Assembly: GCF_001194135.2 (NCBI RefSeq) | Contig: NC_069001.1 | Location: 23,146,868 to 23,189,600 of the forward strand | Length of the DNA: 42,733 bases | Direction of reading: 5' to 3' | From: Octopus bimaculoides | Lineage: Eukaryota | Shown here: piece by piece, positions 23,496 to 35,395 of the stretch | How the letters are laid out: each line of letters begins with the position of its first letter | Numbering within the stretch: position 1 is the stretch's first letter | The notes under the pieces: model-generated | Told to the model about the DNA's origin: nothing | The model's database searches: none | Seen by the model: the letters and a program-made list of their open reading frames with translations, nothing else | Translations under genes and position numbers: made by a program

Positions 23496-23904
23496 ATCTG
23501 AGTGAACATTTGAAATCAATATATATATATACATACATACAAACATATGCATGTGTGTGTGTGTATACGTATATATAATTGAATAAGATAGTCAACAAGA
23601 AAGAGTATATATTTGCTTATAGACAGAGGTGCATGCGTATATAAATTTCAATATGTGCATGCACATATGCACGCACACACGCATGTACACACACATAAAT
23701 ATATACATATATATATATATGTGTGTGTGTGTGCATATATATTTATATGTACACATATGTACAGTATTATGGGGTCTACTAAGTATTTTGATAGCAAATA
23801 ACAGATTTAAAATTTGCTTCATTGAAATTTTTAATGCAGATAATCATTACAAATTTTATTGTTTAAAGCATTTTAATTGGATGACTTGGATTACCAGCTG
23901 AATT

Positions 23905-24135
23905 TCTAGTCTGTCTGTCTGTCTGTCTATTTATTAATCTGTCTGTCTGTCTATTTATCTATCTGTCTATCTATTTATCTATCTATCAGTCTCTTTCTCT
24001 ATCTCTCTATCTATCAGTCTGTCTATCTATCTATCTGTCTATTTATTTATCTGTCTATTTATCTATCTATCAGTCTGTCTGTCTGTCTGTCTGCATATCT
24101 ATCTATCTATCTATCTATATCTATCTATCTATTTA
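23905..24135. repeat. Compound (TCTG)n/(TCTA)n microsatellite
   Basis: Direct observation. Confidence 0.9.
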
Positions 24136-24474
24136 CACACACATATATTCATATATATATACATATGCATTCATGATCTCTTCATGTGTGTGTGTGTGTC
24201 TATGTGATTATGTGAGAAGCATTTTTTTTCTTTTAATCAAAGTTAAATCCAAGTGAATTGTTATATAACAACTTGCTTGTCTCCTCTCTTCTTATAAAGC
24301 TGCCACATTAAAAGCTAAATGTAGTGTAGTTACACATTGAACTTGCTGAGGTGAATGCTTGCTGAACAGTCTCTAGCATCATTATCTACATTGTCGATTA
24401 ATAAGCCTGCAAGACACAGTCTTGTTCTATTTTATTTTGCTATTTTTTATTGACTGAACGATGATGTAGTTATA

Positions 24475-24494
24475 TGTGTGTGTGTGCATGTGAG

Positions 24495-24525
<31 letters not shown>

Positions 24526-24671
24526 CATACATACATACATATATATATACACAAACATACATATGTATATGCATGTATATTTGTATACATATATTTTTTG
24601 TTTACATATATACATACTGACACAAAGAAGAGAAATACACTTAAATTCTTCTTTATCTTTCTATCTATCTA

Positions 24672-24711
<40 letters not shown>

Positions 24712-24775
24712 TCTACATTATGTGTATGTAGAAAGATAGATAAGAGAAGAGAGAGAGAGGGAGAGCAGATGGGCA
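24475..24775. repeat. Compound (TG)n/(TA)n/(TACA)n/(TCTA)n/(GA)n microsatellite region
   Basis: Direct observation. Confidence 0.85.
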
Positions 24776-25854
24776 GAGCATGAGAGACACATTGAGCAAA
24801 AGAGAAAAAATTAAGCAGTACTTTTTGTTATATAGTCTGAGGTAACCAATAAAGTATCAGAAATGGTGAAGCAGTGGCTATAATGCATTTATATTATTCC
24901 CTTGCATCTCTCTACATTCTTCATTACACCCCTCTACATTGCTCAAACCTTGTCAGGACTTTCTTTACATTTAATATCTTTGATCAATAAAAGTAGAACT
25001 AATCATTTCTCAAGAGGCTTATCTAGTTATTGTCAGTGGTTGAGAACCTTATTTTCTTCAAGGTGTAGGGACTGTCTTCATAATCTTTGATGTGGCTCAA
25101 AATAAAGTCTGTTACTGGTACAAGTTTGGGTATGTGGGTATTTTGAAAATACCTCATGGAGTGATGACTATGTCCTCTATAGTTACAGACTGCCCTTTGA
25201 CAAGGCATAGTACCCATTCAACCTGCCAGGGATACAGCTAATTCATGGGACTGTAGCATAGTGGATTGTGAAGAGGTAGCACCATCTTGAAGAGCAATAG
25301 TCAAACATATCAATTCTACTAATCAGTGGTGAGCCTGCTACTTATTCTACCAGTATCTTGTGTGTCATACTACTGAGTCAGGGGATGTAAAGAAACTAGC
25401 ACATTGCAAATAGTTTCTTTTACACCCATTTTTTTCTCTCAGATTATACTTCCTTCATTTCCAACCTTCCAGCATCTTCTGCATTTAGTGTCAATATTCC
25501 ACAACCATTTCAGTTTGTTCTCAAACATCTTCCAATCTACCCTTTGCCCATAGAAACTAAAACCTTACTGTTAACTGAGATAAAATACATTATAGACTGA
25601 TGTAAAAATTCTAAGATGATATCTTAGAATGTGAGGCTGTATAGATCACATGACAGACAATCAATGGAAAAAATGTCTTTGTTGTACTTCAGAAATATCC
25701 GTTCTATCACATCATGGAAAAAAAGAGCATTCACAATAACAACAATTATAACAAATCTTAGACACCATGGTCTTATACCTAATCAAAGAAAATGGTTACA
25801 TTATAATTAATTTAGCAATGCATGGTAATTAAGGATCCTTACTTAAAGAAAATA

Positions 25855-26050
25855 GTTTCAAAGTTTTACACAAGACCAGCAATGTTAGGGGATGGGGTTA
25901 GTCAATTACATCAACCCCACTGTTTAACTGATACTTAACTTATTGACCTTGAAAAACGGTGGGAAGCAAAGTGGACTTGAACTTAGAACATGTAGAATAA
26001 TAAAAAAAACATGTCACTGAGTGTTTTGTCTGATGTGCTAACAAATCTGT
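25855..26050 (-). mobile_element. Degraded SINE family E
   Basis: acacaagaccagcaat..tacttaacttattgacc..tgaacttagaaca..gtgctaacaaatctg. Confidence 0.55.
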
Positions 26051-26053
26051 TGT

Positions 26054-26333
26054 TGGCAGGGAGATGAGTCACAGCTGCTTCTAGAGGTTGAGTGTCCATC
26101 ATTGACAAGACCATACAAGGTTAAAACCACATGACCTGGTGGTCTCGGCACTAGAAATGCTGGAATTTCTCTCCCCACTGGTGATATAAACAGGAAAACA
26201 TCTCACACTAAAAAGTCAATATGAGAGCTTCTCTCATGGTAGCTACAACAGTAAATTACAGAGCATCCATGTTTAAGTTTAGATAAATGTTACCTCTCGG
26301 TATTAATACTGCCTTTGTCACTAATATATAATT
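26054..26333. repeat. Unclassified dispersed repeat, copy 1
   Basis: Aligns with 29486-29742 (same orientation) and 29121-29360 (inverted). Confidence 0.8.
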
Positions 26334-27146
26334 CCATCAGTTTGCTGCATTCCTTTTCTCAATGACAATATCTTTGATAATACTTCAGCTAATTGCTTTT
26401 GTTGCTGTAAGAGTTTCAAATGTTTGTCACAAAGAGATATGGAACTGACATGTTCTTTCTGTTATATATGTCAATTTGTAAATCTTGTCTAGACAAATTT
26501 ATTCATTAAACATCTCTAGACAACTTAGTATGTTGTTTAATTAATGTCTTAAATGTTTTAATCAATTATTTGCTTTAAAAAAAAAAATCTACGATATGTT
26601 AGATGGTCTGAAAAGACGTAATTATTTAATATTGAAGCAAACATATAATTCAGATCATAAATTATGTTACAATTCTGAATTTGAAATTGTCATTGTAAGG
26701 AAAATATAAGAGGAACATGGTATGAAAAATAATGTGAAAATGTGATCAATTCAAAATGTTATAATTATAGTTGAAGAATAACAAAAAGAAAAGTCAAAGA
26801 TGTAATTTTAATTCTCAGAATAATTCAATTTTCCTACACATATTGTATATTTATGCATTGATACTTTTGTTGCCACAATGGCATGAACAACTTTGTTGCT
26901 GAAGTTAAAATAATACCAAAACATATTCTGAGTTGTCTCCCTTACACGCCAAATTAATAAAAATAATAACAGTCGATACTTCTTGTCATTTTTGCCTCAA
27001 AACATATATATTTCTAGTTACTGCTCTTAGTTTTAAATATTAGTTTTTATGTGGATGCCTTCTCCATGTGATTTATTCCTTAAACAATTTTATATCTCTT
27101 AGCCTTATAGTGATTCATTTCTTCAGCAAGCATGGCAAAGTCTATA

Positions 27147-27590
27147 CAGTAATGCCTTGATTAAGAAGTTAATATGTTCCCGAAGACCACTTGTAAAGTG
27201 AAAACTCATGAAGCAGAGCAATAATTTCCCATAGTAGCAATGTTATAAATCATAATTCACTCCCAGAAAAACATTTTACCTATAAAATTTGTAATACTTA
27301 TAAATAAATGGGAATAAAACAACAGTAGAATGTTAAGAATATTTTATGTAAAGTAAAAGGAATGTCAATATTATAATAAAAATATTATTATTATAATCGT
27401 TTTCTGAATGCCTTTCATTTACACTAGTCTCACACATCCCATCACTTGTAAACATGATCACCAATTCATAAGCACTCATAGATAGACTTGTAGATTTCTT
27501 TTTAAAAAGCAAGTCTAGAGTTGTTTGCTTAGAAGAAGCTTTTTTTCTCTCAATAAATTTCTTGATAACATGCAGAAGCATTTGTTATGG
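27147..27590 (-). mobile_element. pogo/Tigger-like transposon 3' remnant
   Basis: TA + cagtaatgccttga terminus; C-terminal peptide KQTTLDLLFKK resembling the pogo-type PIP box. Confidence 0.6.
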
Positions 27591-27824
27591 AAGTGGAAAC
27601 TTTTGAATTTCATTCAAAATTTAGATTTTGTGCTTGAAAAGTAAAACTCATAAACCTGGGGTCTTGTAAAGCAGCTCCTTATAAAATTAGATATTGCTCT
27701 ACTTTGCTGATGTGGGGATAATAATATTGAAACAAATCTATAGTTGTCTCCCTTACATTCAAGACTAATCAAAATAATATTAGGCATATGCTGATATTGT
27801 TCTACTTCTTGCAATATAATCCAT

Positions 27825-28200
27825 TCCATTCATTTCCACTGCCCACTGATCCATTGAAGGAGAGTCCTTAGGGACCTCCTTGATAAGGTCCTATCAGAAG
27901 CAACCATCATTACACTTTCTGGCTCGATTCTCAAGCGTGACCAACTGAGTGAATGGATATTATCTAAACATCTCATTCTTGATCTAATCCTAGGTCAGTT
28001 GTTGGTTGATTTGGATTGAAGAATCTGTTTTGCAATTCTTTCTAATTGCATGTCTGTGGTATTTGAGCTGTGACCTCTCAATATGGATAAGTAAGGGCTC
28101 AACTAAAAGAGACTTCTTGATCTCTGCAGGCCCAATAGAAATACCAGCATGGTACCTGGCACAAATAAGACCACTAGAAACTACAATAACAAAAGAGCTT
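27825..28200 (-). mobile_element. RTE (Expander/Rex3-like) LINE 3' fragment
   Basis: AEIKKSLLVEPLLIHIERSQLKYHRHAIR..PRIRSRMRCLDNIHSLSWSRLRIEPE. Confidence 0.7.
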
Positions 28201-29120
28201 GAAAGAACAACCATACTGAGCCATCTACCACTTGTGTTAACAATGGATTGATTCGTTCTTAATTAGGGGTGTCTGTTAGTACAACCTGCAACAAGCCTGC
28301 AATTGATTCTGGGAGGCATGGAGTAGAAGCTCAAAGGATACAGTGGGTTCAGGAGGGAACAATCATTAGAAATTGGGAACAATAGTTTTATTTCAAAAAT
28401 CCAACTGATGTTGCAGGTATCATATCTCAAGTTAGCTAACCTTTACTAACAACCTCTGTTGGTTTTTATTATAAGTGTTCCTAATGCAGGCTCTCAGCAG
28501 CAGCAGATTTCATTTTTATCACTATATTATTTATTTCTAGTTAAATTTTTAAGATCTCTCTACATCAATTTAATTGGATGTTTAAATGTTTGGGTTTTTT
28601 TCAATTCCAACAAATTCTTTAAATATATTTGCAATCTCAGAAAGGACTGAAGAGACCCAAGTAGCATTGCTCTATTGGCTGGAATACTTGAAAATTCCTG
28701 TGGTTCTATTTAGTTTCTAGTGATTCTGTCTAATGACTTCACTTGAATGAAAGGTTACATAAAACCATGACTTCTGAGAAATATTTGACAAAGTAGAACA
28801 AGACTACTTCAGGCCCCAGAGATCCTCTCAAAATACATGGTATTCATGACTGTATTTTTAGACAGAAGCCCAGCAGATAAACATAGGCTTAGCTAGGGGT
28901 AGGATTCCACACCAATCTACCAGCTGAAATCCCACTCTTTTATGGATTATTTTCTCTTATCTCAATCTCTTAAAACATGCACGAAGACATAAAACCTATC
29001 ACGAAAGTAATCAATAAAGTTGGAATAAATGCCATCTTAAGATGTAGGTTCATTAGGCCGTTGCCTAGGAACCTCATGGGTTCAGGGGCCACGTGGGTAT
29101 AAAGGGCCCAATTTAGTTCT

Positions 29121-29360
29121 AGAGGTAATATTTATCCCCACTTAAATGTAGATGTTGTGTTAGAACAAACTACACTGCGGTAATTACCATGAGAGAAACT
29201 CTCATATTGGCTTTTGGTGCTAAATGCACTTTTGTTTATATTGTTAGCAGGGGGATAAGTCCCTGCCATCTCCAATGCTGAGACCCACAGATCTCATGAT
29301 TTCAACCTTCCTTGGTCTTGTCAATGATAAACACTTGACAGCTAGAGATAGCAGTGACTC
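29121..29360. repeat. Unclassified dispersed repeat, copy 2 (inverted relative to copies 1 and 3)
   Basis: Reverse complement aligns with 29498-29706 and with copy 1. Confidence 0.8.
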
Positions 29361-29485
29361 AGTAGGTGTTGCGATTAGCCAGTAAGCTTGTTAACAAACA
29401 TATATTAACAACAGAGGAAGTATTAATACAAGCTCACTGGATAATTGTGACTCCAGAGCCTGTTCTGGCACTGTTTTTCTATCAC

Positions 29486-29742
29486 TGGCAGAGAGATGAG
29501 AAACTGCTATCTCTAGTAGGTCGAGTGTCCATCATTAACAAAATGAAACAAGGAGGTGGCAAAGATTTATCTCCCCACTAGTGATATAAACAAGAGTGCA
29601 TTTTGCACCAAAAGCCAGCGTGAGAGTTTCTCTCATGCTAACTACCACAGTATAGTTTGTTCCAACAGAACATCCATGTTTAAGTGAGGATAGAGATATG
29701 ACCTCTTGGTATCAATATTGCGTCTGTTGCTAACATATAATT
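29486..29742. repeat. Unclassified dispersed repeat, copy 3
   Basis: See copies 1 and 2; lacks a segment of about 35 bp shared by the other two. Confidence 0.8.
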
Positions 29743-30130
29743 TGGTTCTAGGTATGCTATGGTTTGCTGTCAATAAATAAATACTCTAGGGTCAGTGCAC
29801 TTAGCCCAGAGGTTTATAATGCTACTAAGGCTATCCCAGTAGGCATTTCCATGTGTAATGTAATTATACTTTTATGCGTTTCAGCTCCAAGCTTGTGACC
29901 ATACTCAAGAAATACTGATTATTTAAAATTATACCTGTAATGAGGAGAAATAATAATGTGGCTGTGTGGTAAGTAGCTTGCTTACCAACCACATGGTTCT
30001 GGGTTCAGTTCCACTGTGTGACACCTTGGACAAGTGTCTTCTATTATAGCCTCGGGCTGACCAAAGCCTTGTGAGTGGATTTGGTAGACAGAAACTGAAA
30101 GAAGCCCATTGTATACATGTATATATATAT

Positions 30131-30354
30131 GGGAGAATTTACGAAAAAAACAACAGATGAAGACAGGTGGTGTAAACAACAAATGGATGTATTAGTTTAA
30201 CGCTCGGGAATAGAGAAAATCTTTGACGTTTCGAGCCTACGCTCTTCAACTGAAAGGAACACAGAAAGAAATAAGGAGAGAAACAAGGAGAAAAAATATA
30301 AATAAATAAAATAAAATAAAAAAAAATTAGGAGAGAAACAAGGAGAAAAAATAT
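30131..30354 (-). mobile_element. Penelope-type terminal-repeat fragment carrying a hammerhead-like motif
   Basis: gacgtttcgagcctacgctcttc motif; 26-bp direct repeat aggagagaaacaaggagaaaaaatat at the end; PLE origin inferred from the motif. Confidence 0.55.
30221..30256 (-). ncRNA. Minimal type I hammerhead-like motif, core with two substitutions
   Basis: CTTT-CAGTTGA-A-GAGC(GTAG)GCTC-GAA-ACGT-C-AAAG. Confidence 0.55.
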
Positions 30355-30744
30355 GTGTGTGTGTGTGTGTGTGTTTGTCCCCCCCCCAACATCGCTTGAC
30401 ATGTGATGCTGGTGTGTTTATGTCCCTGTAACCTAGCAGTTTGGCAAAAAGAGACCGATACAATAAGTACTAGGCTTACAAAAAATAAGTCCTGGGGTCG
30501 ATTTGCTTGACTAATAGGTGGTGCTCCAGCATGGCTGCCGTCAAATGACTGAAACAAATAAAAAACAAAAACCTAACTCTTGTCAAGAAATACAAAAACA
30601 TGAGGCAAGTGGATTGGATTTATAGTAGTACACTAATAACTCTTATATGTTTCAGTTTTATTACAGTTTAATGGTTATTGCAGATTTGAGAGAAAAAGTA
30701 AACTATGTATTGAATTTTAAATATCACCAAAGAAATAAAGACAT

Positions 30745-31110
30745 CTTTTACTTGTTGCAGTCATTAGACTGCGACCATTCTGGAGTAGCGTCTTGAAAAA
30801 TTTTTTGTGGAATAAAAAGACTCCAATACTTTTTTTTTAAAGCCTGATATTTATTCTATTGGTCTATTTGTTGAACTCCTAAGTTATAAGGAGGGATGTA
30901 AAACACACCAACACCAGTTGCCAGGTGGTAGTGGCGATAGTGGTGGGGCAAGCAAAGACACATACACACACACATATGTACAATAGGCTTCTTTCAGTTT
31001 CCATCTATCAAGTCCACTCTCAAGGCCTTGGTCAGCCCAAGGCTATAGTAGAAGACACTTGCCCAAAGTATCACCATGTGGTTAGAAGGCAAACTTCTAA
31101 CCTCACAGCC
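30745..31110 (-). mobile_element. SINE family A, degraded
   Basis: Tail at 30745-30960 and head at 30975-31110 on the minus strand. Confidence 0.75.
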
Positions 31111-32274
31111 ACACCTGCAACATGTTGACATTTTTAAAAACAAATCTTCAGAAATACGGAACCAATAAATCTTCTGTGACGTAACAGTGCTAAAGATTCT
31201 TTGCCCTGCACTTACTTACTTGAAGAGACAGTGTATGAGTTACTGAATCAATGCTTACATATGCGTTTTAAGTCACTAGAAATAGCAGTCAAATCTCTCT
31301 CAAATACCACCTTTACATTTTGCAAAAGGAAGGACCCTGTTGTTTTAGATATTCTATCTAGAAAAGAAAGACGAGATGGTCATGAGTGGACTACCTTTGA
31401 TCACATTTCCACTCCTTTAAGGCTTTGGGATGGGATGGGGCGGAGGTGGGAAGCATTAAACAACAACAACACCAACAACTTATAAGAGTTAGTTTAGGTA
31501 TTGAAATGATGCAAATAAGTGGTATAGACGTTACTATTTTTTATGGTTATTGCTTCTTTGAGGTTATATCTAGGGCATTCTTTTGAATGGAATGCAACTT
31601 AATGTCTCATAAACCGAATCATTTATTGTCCAAGGCATTGCAGTGGTAGAGATGTCCAAATTTTATTGTCTGGTTGAACTACGATGGTGCTATATCAATT
31701 TTTTTTTTCTTTTTCAGTAGCTGAGAATATGTCATATGCAATACCAAATATTTTGATGATCAGCAGTGGGCGGGGCTGCTCTACTATTTTGTCTCTGTGG
31801 GTGGAGCTATGCTATCTTGTCTCAGTGAGTGGAGCTTAAGTTTCCAGTCTCAGTATGCGTTCATGTAGAAGATGAATGCATTTTACTGAAGTAAAACTTA
31901 TAACAAATATCAAGATTTTAAAAGGAATGACTCAAAGCAAATACTTAAAGTCTATTTCATTGTGATTTGCCTACATTCTAAGGGTTAAACTACACATGTA
32001 TTTAGCAGCTATATATATCATCATCCCCATTTCCAGATATGTGTGTGTGTTTGTGTACATATACATACATATGTATGCATATATATATGTTCACATACAT
32101 ATATATATACCATGAGGTGAAGAGTTGAATTTGTCTTTGTATAGAGTCTGATGAGCTGTCCACAAAGCTGCAGCTTTCATGGATACAAGACCACTGGTCA
32201 CTCTCTGGCCAGACTTTAACTTTGCTGCTCTCTTCCTAAGAGCATGCTTCTTATTCAGACATATGATATTCTTT

Positions 32275-32480
32275 TTTGTCTTTTATTTGTTTCGGTCATT
32301 TGACTGCGGCCATGCCGGAGCACCGCCTTTAGTCAAGCAAATCAACTCCAAGACTTATTCTTTGTAAGCCTAGTACTTATTCTATCGGTCTCTTTTGTCA
32401 AACTGCTAAGTTACAGGGATCTAAAAACACCAACATCGGTTGTCAAACGATGTTGGAGCGGGGGACAAACACGGACATAC
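32275..32480 (-). mobile_element. SINE family A tail
   Basis: ttgactgcggccatgccggagcaccgcctttagtc..gggacaaacac. Confidence 0.85.
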
Positions 32481-32497
32481 AAACATCTATAAATGTA

Positions 32498-32590
<93 letters not shown>

Positions 32591-32603
32591 TATTTATGTA
32601 TAT

Positions 32604-32900
32604 AGGCACAAGTTTGACTGTGTGGTAAGAAGCTTGCTTTCCAACCACATGGTTCTAGGTTCAGTCCCACTGAATGGCACGTTGGGCAAGTGTCTTCTAC
32701 TTTAACCTCAGGTCGACCAAAACCTTGTGAGTGGATTCAGTAGATGGAAACTGAAAGAAGCCTGCCATATATATATATTTACGTGGGTGTGTCATTGTGT
32801 CCATGTTTGTCTCCATCCACTGTTTGACTATCGTTGTTGGTGTGTTTACATCTCTGTAACTTAGTAGTTCACCAAAAATGACAAATGGAATAAGTGCGAA
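32604..32900 (+). mobile_element. SINE family A head and partial tail, truncated at a Penelope fragment
   Basis: Conserved head, microsatellite, tail broken at about 32900. Confidence 0.85.
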
Positions 32901-32934
32901 CAAGGGACAACAATCAATGCACACTAACAAACTG

Positions 32935-33231
32935 TCCCATCCATGACACAGATTTATGTATAGAATACAATGTAACAAATGCAACAAGTTCTATGTGGGT
33001 AACACAATAAGACTGTTACACATTCACATCAAAGAACATCTGAACATGAGAGCCCCCTCCTTCAGAAAACATCTAGACATATGCCGGAACACTGATAAAA
33101 GCATAACAGTCACAATTGAGGCCAATGAAAGAAATTTGGGTAATTTAAGAATTAAGGAAGCTATACTCATTCACAGAGAAGGGCCCCAAATTAACAACAG
33201 GCTGGAGGCTAGTAATCAATATATTATTTAG
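32935..33231 (+). pseudogene. Penelope-like GIY-YIG endonuclease fragment
   Basis: YRIQCNKCNKFYVGNTIRLLHIHIKEH..GNLRIKEAILIHREGPQINNRLE. Confidence 0.88.
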
Positions 33232-33235
33232 CTAC

Positions 33236-33433
33236 ATCGTGCGGGTGACACGTAAAAGCACCCACTACACTCTCTGAGTGGTTGGCGTTAGGAAGGGCAT
33301 TCAGCTGTAGAAACTCTGCAAAATTAGATTGGAGCCTGGTGTTGCCATCCAGTTTCACCAGTCCTCAGTCAAATCGTCCAACCCATGCTAGCATGGAAAG
33401 CGGACGTTAAACGATGATGATGAGGATGATGAT
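33236..33433 (+). mobile_element. RTE LINE 3' UTR fragment inserted just after the GIY-YIG stop
   Basis: gtgcgggtgacacgtaaaagcaccc..gcggacgttaaacgatgatgatg. Confidence 0.88.
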
Positions 33434-33733
33434 CTGGATGTGTGTAGGTTCATTTTTGATAACGTGCTCATGTATTGTTTATAACAAAAAGCAAAGAAAA
33501 CAAAAAGGAGAAGGGATAAATAAAAGGAAGTTGCACGTATAACACATAACTTAGAAGCAGTGCTATGGATGTGCCAGCAGACACGAGATTGAGACATGGC
33601 CGAACTCATGCACTTTACATGAGGAATGCTGGAAGGAACTTTGTGAGACCACTGCTGAGACGCTTCCAAAAAAACAAAGAAAAGCTGTTGGAAAACCGAT
33701 TTATAGTAGTGACTCCATCAATTCCTAAGGATA

Positions 33734-33764
33734 TCTGAAGAAGGAATTTTATTCCGAAATATCA
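33734..33764 (+). ncRNA. Hammerhead ribozyme-like motif with intact catalytic core
   Basis: CTGAAGA-A-GGAAT(TTT)ATTCC-GAA-ATAT-C; palindromic stem III, AUC cleavage triplet; stem I only 1 bp locally. Confidence 0.6.
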
Positions 33765-34004
33765 GCAGACTATGGATGATTAAATTACAACAGTTATTAT
33801 AGTCCTTGTTTGTATTATAGTGTATTGTTGTGTCATTCAAAATATTTTATTCTTTATAAACAATATACAATGCTTCAAGCGAACTACAATACTCTCTTAA
33901 AAATGAAGTCCTAGAGTCAATTTGTTTAAGTAAGATCTTTCAAGGTGGTGTCCCATTATGGATGCAGATAAATAAAGAAATATATATATAAATATATGAA
34001 CTGG

Positions 34005-34088
34005 AGCAGGACTGGCTGTGTGGTAAGAAGCTTTGCTTCCCAACCACATGGTTCTGGGTTCAGNNNNNNNNNNAGTAAAAGAAGCCTG

Positions 34089-34130
<42 letters not shown>

Positions 34131-34250
34131 TAAAAGTGAACGATAAAATAAGTACTAGGCTTACAAAGAATAAGTCCTTGGGTCGATTTGCTTGACTAAA
34201 GGCAGTGCTCCAGCATGGCCACAGTCAAATGACTGACACAAGTGAAAGAA
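34005..34250 (+). mobile_element. SINE family A spanning a 10-N gap
   Basis: Head before the gap, microsatellite and tail after it. Confidence 0.8.
34064..34073. other. Assembly gap (10 N placeholder)
   Basis: N bases; more than 10 nt of the SINE head is missing across it. Confidence 1.
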
Positions 34251-34964
34251 ATATCTCTATATATAAATGTACATACAAATACATATATGTATAAATACAT
34301 AGACACATATACATGGAAATATATATATATATATATATATATATCATCATCATCATCTATATATGTGTGTGTGTGTATACACCCAAACACACACACACTC
34401 ACACACATATATAAAGAGAGCGGCAGCAGTATTCTCTAATGTAGACTCAACCAGTCTTTCTTGATGGAAAATAAGACGATGAATGTTAAAAGAAGATGGT
34501 TTCTCAATCCCATACCATTTAAATATCAAGACGAAAACATTCCTGTGCATGACATACAAGGGGGTGGGGCTTACTGTGTGTGTGTGTGTGTGTATGTGTG
34601 TGTGTGTGACTGTGTTCAAGAAGGTGGCATAGAACATTATAGGAAGAAGTAGGAGGCTTGCATATGTCTGTGTGCATAACAGCTGACGGTGAATCTATGC
34701 TGTGATTGAAACACAAAGTTGCGTTTATTTATCAATAAGTGGGAGAAGATATACAGTGCAGACAAAAAGGGGCTGAGTTTAAGTTTATAATGTTCAGATA
34801 TTCAGAAGGTGTGACTTGGCTCGTTTAAAGGTGAAACTATTGGTTCAGCTGTGGGGAAATAGGCAGAGCCAGAACAGCAGAGGTGGGGAACGGTGCAAGG
34901 TTATATCAGTAAACGCACAACTAACTTATTCTTACTTAATGAAATACAAGTGATAATAGTAGCA

Positions 34965-35395
<431 letters not shown>

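Larger units (their letters stand above)
29957..30570 (+). mobile_element. SINE family A, complete, with an insert in its internal microsatellite
   Basis: Head at 29957-30130, foreign insert at 30131-30354, tail at 30355-30570. Confidence 0.88.

Noticed and set aside
32148-32180. CTGATGA-GCTG..CAGC as another hammerhead
   Set aside because: A stem II-like pairing is present but it is followed by TTTC, not GAAA.
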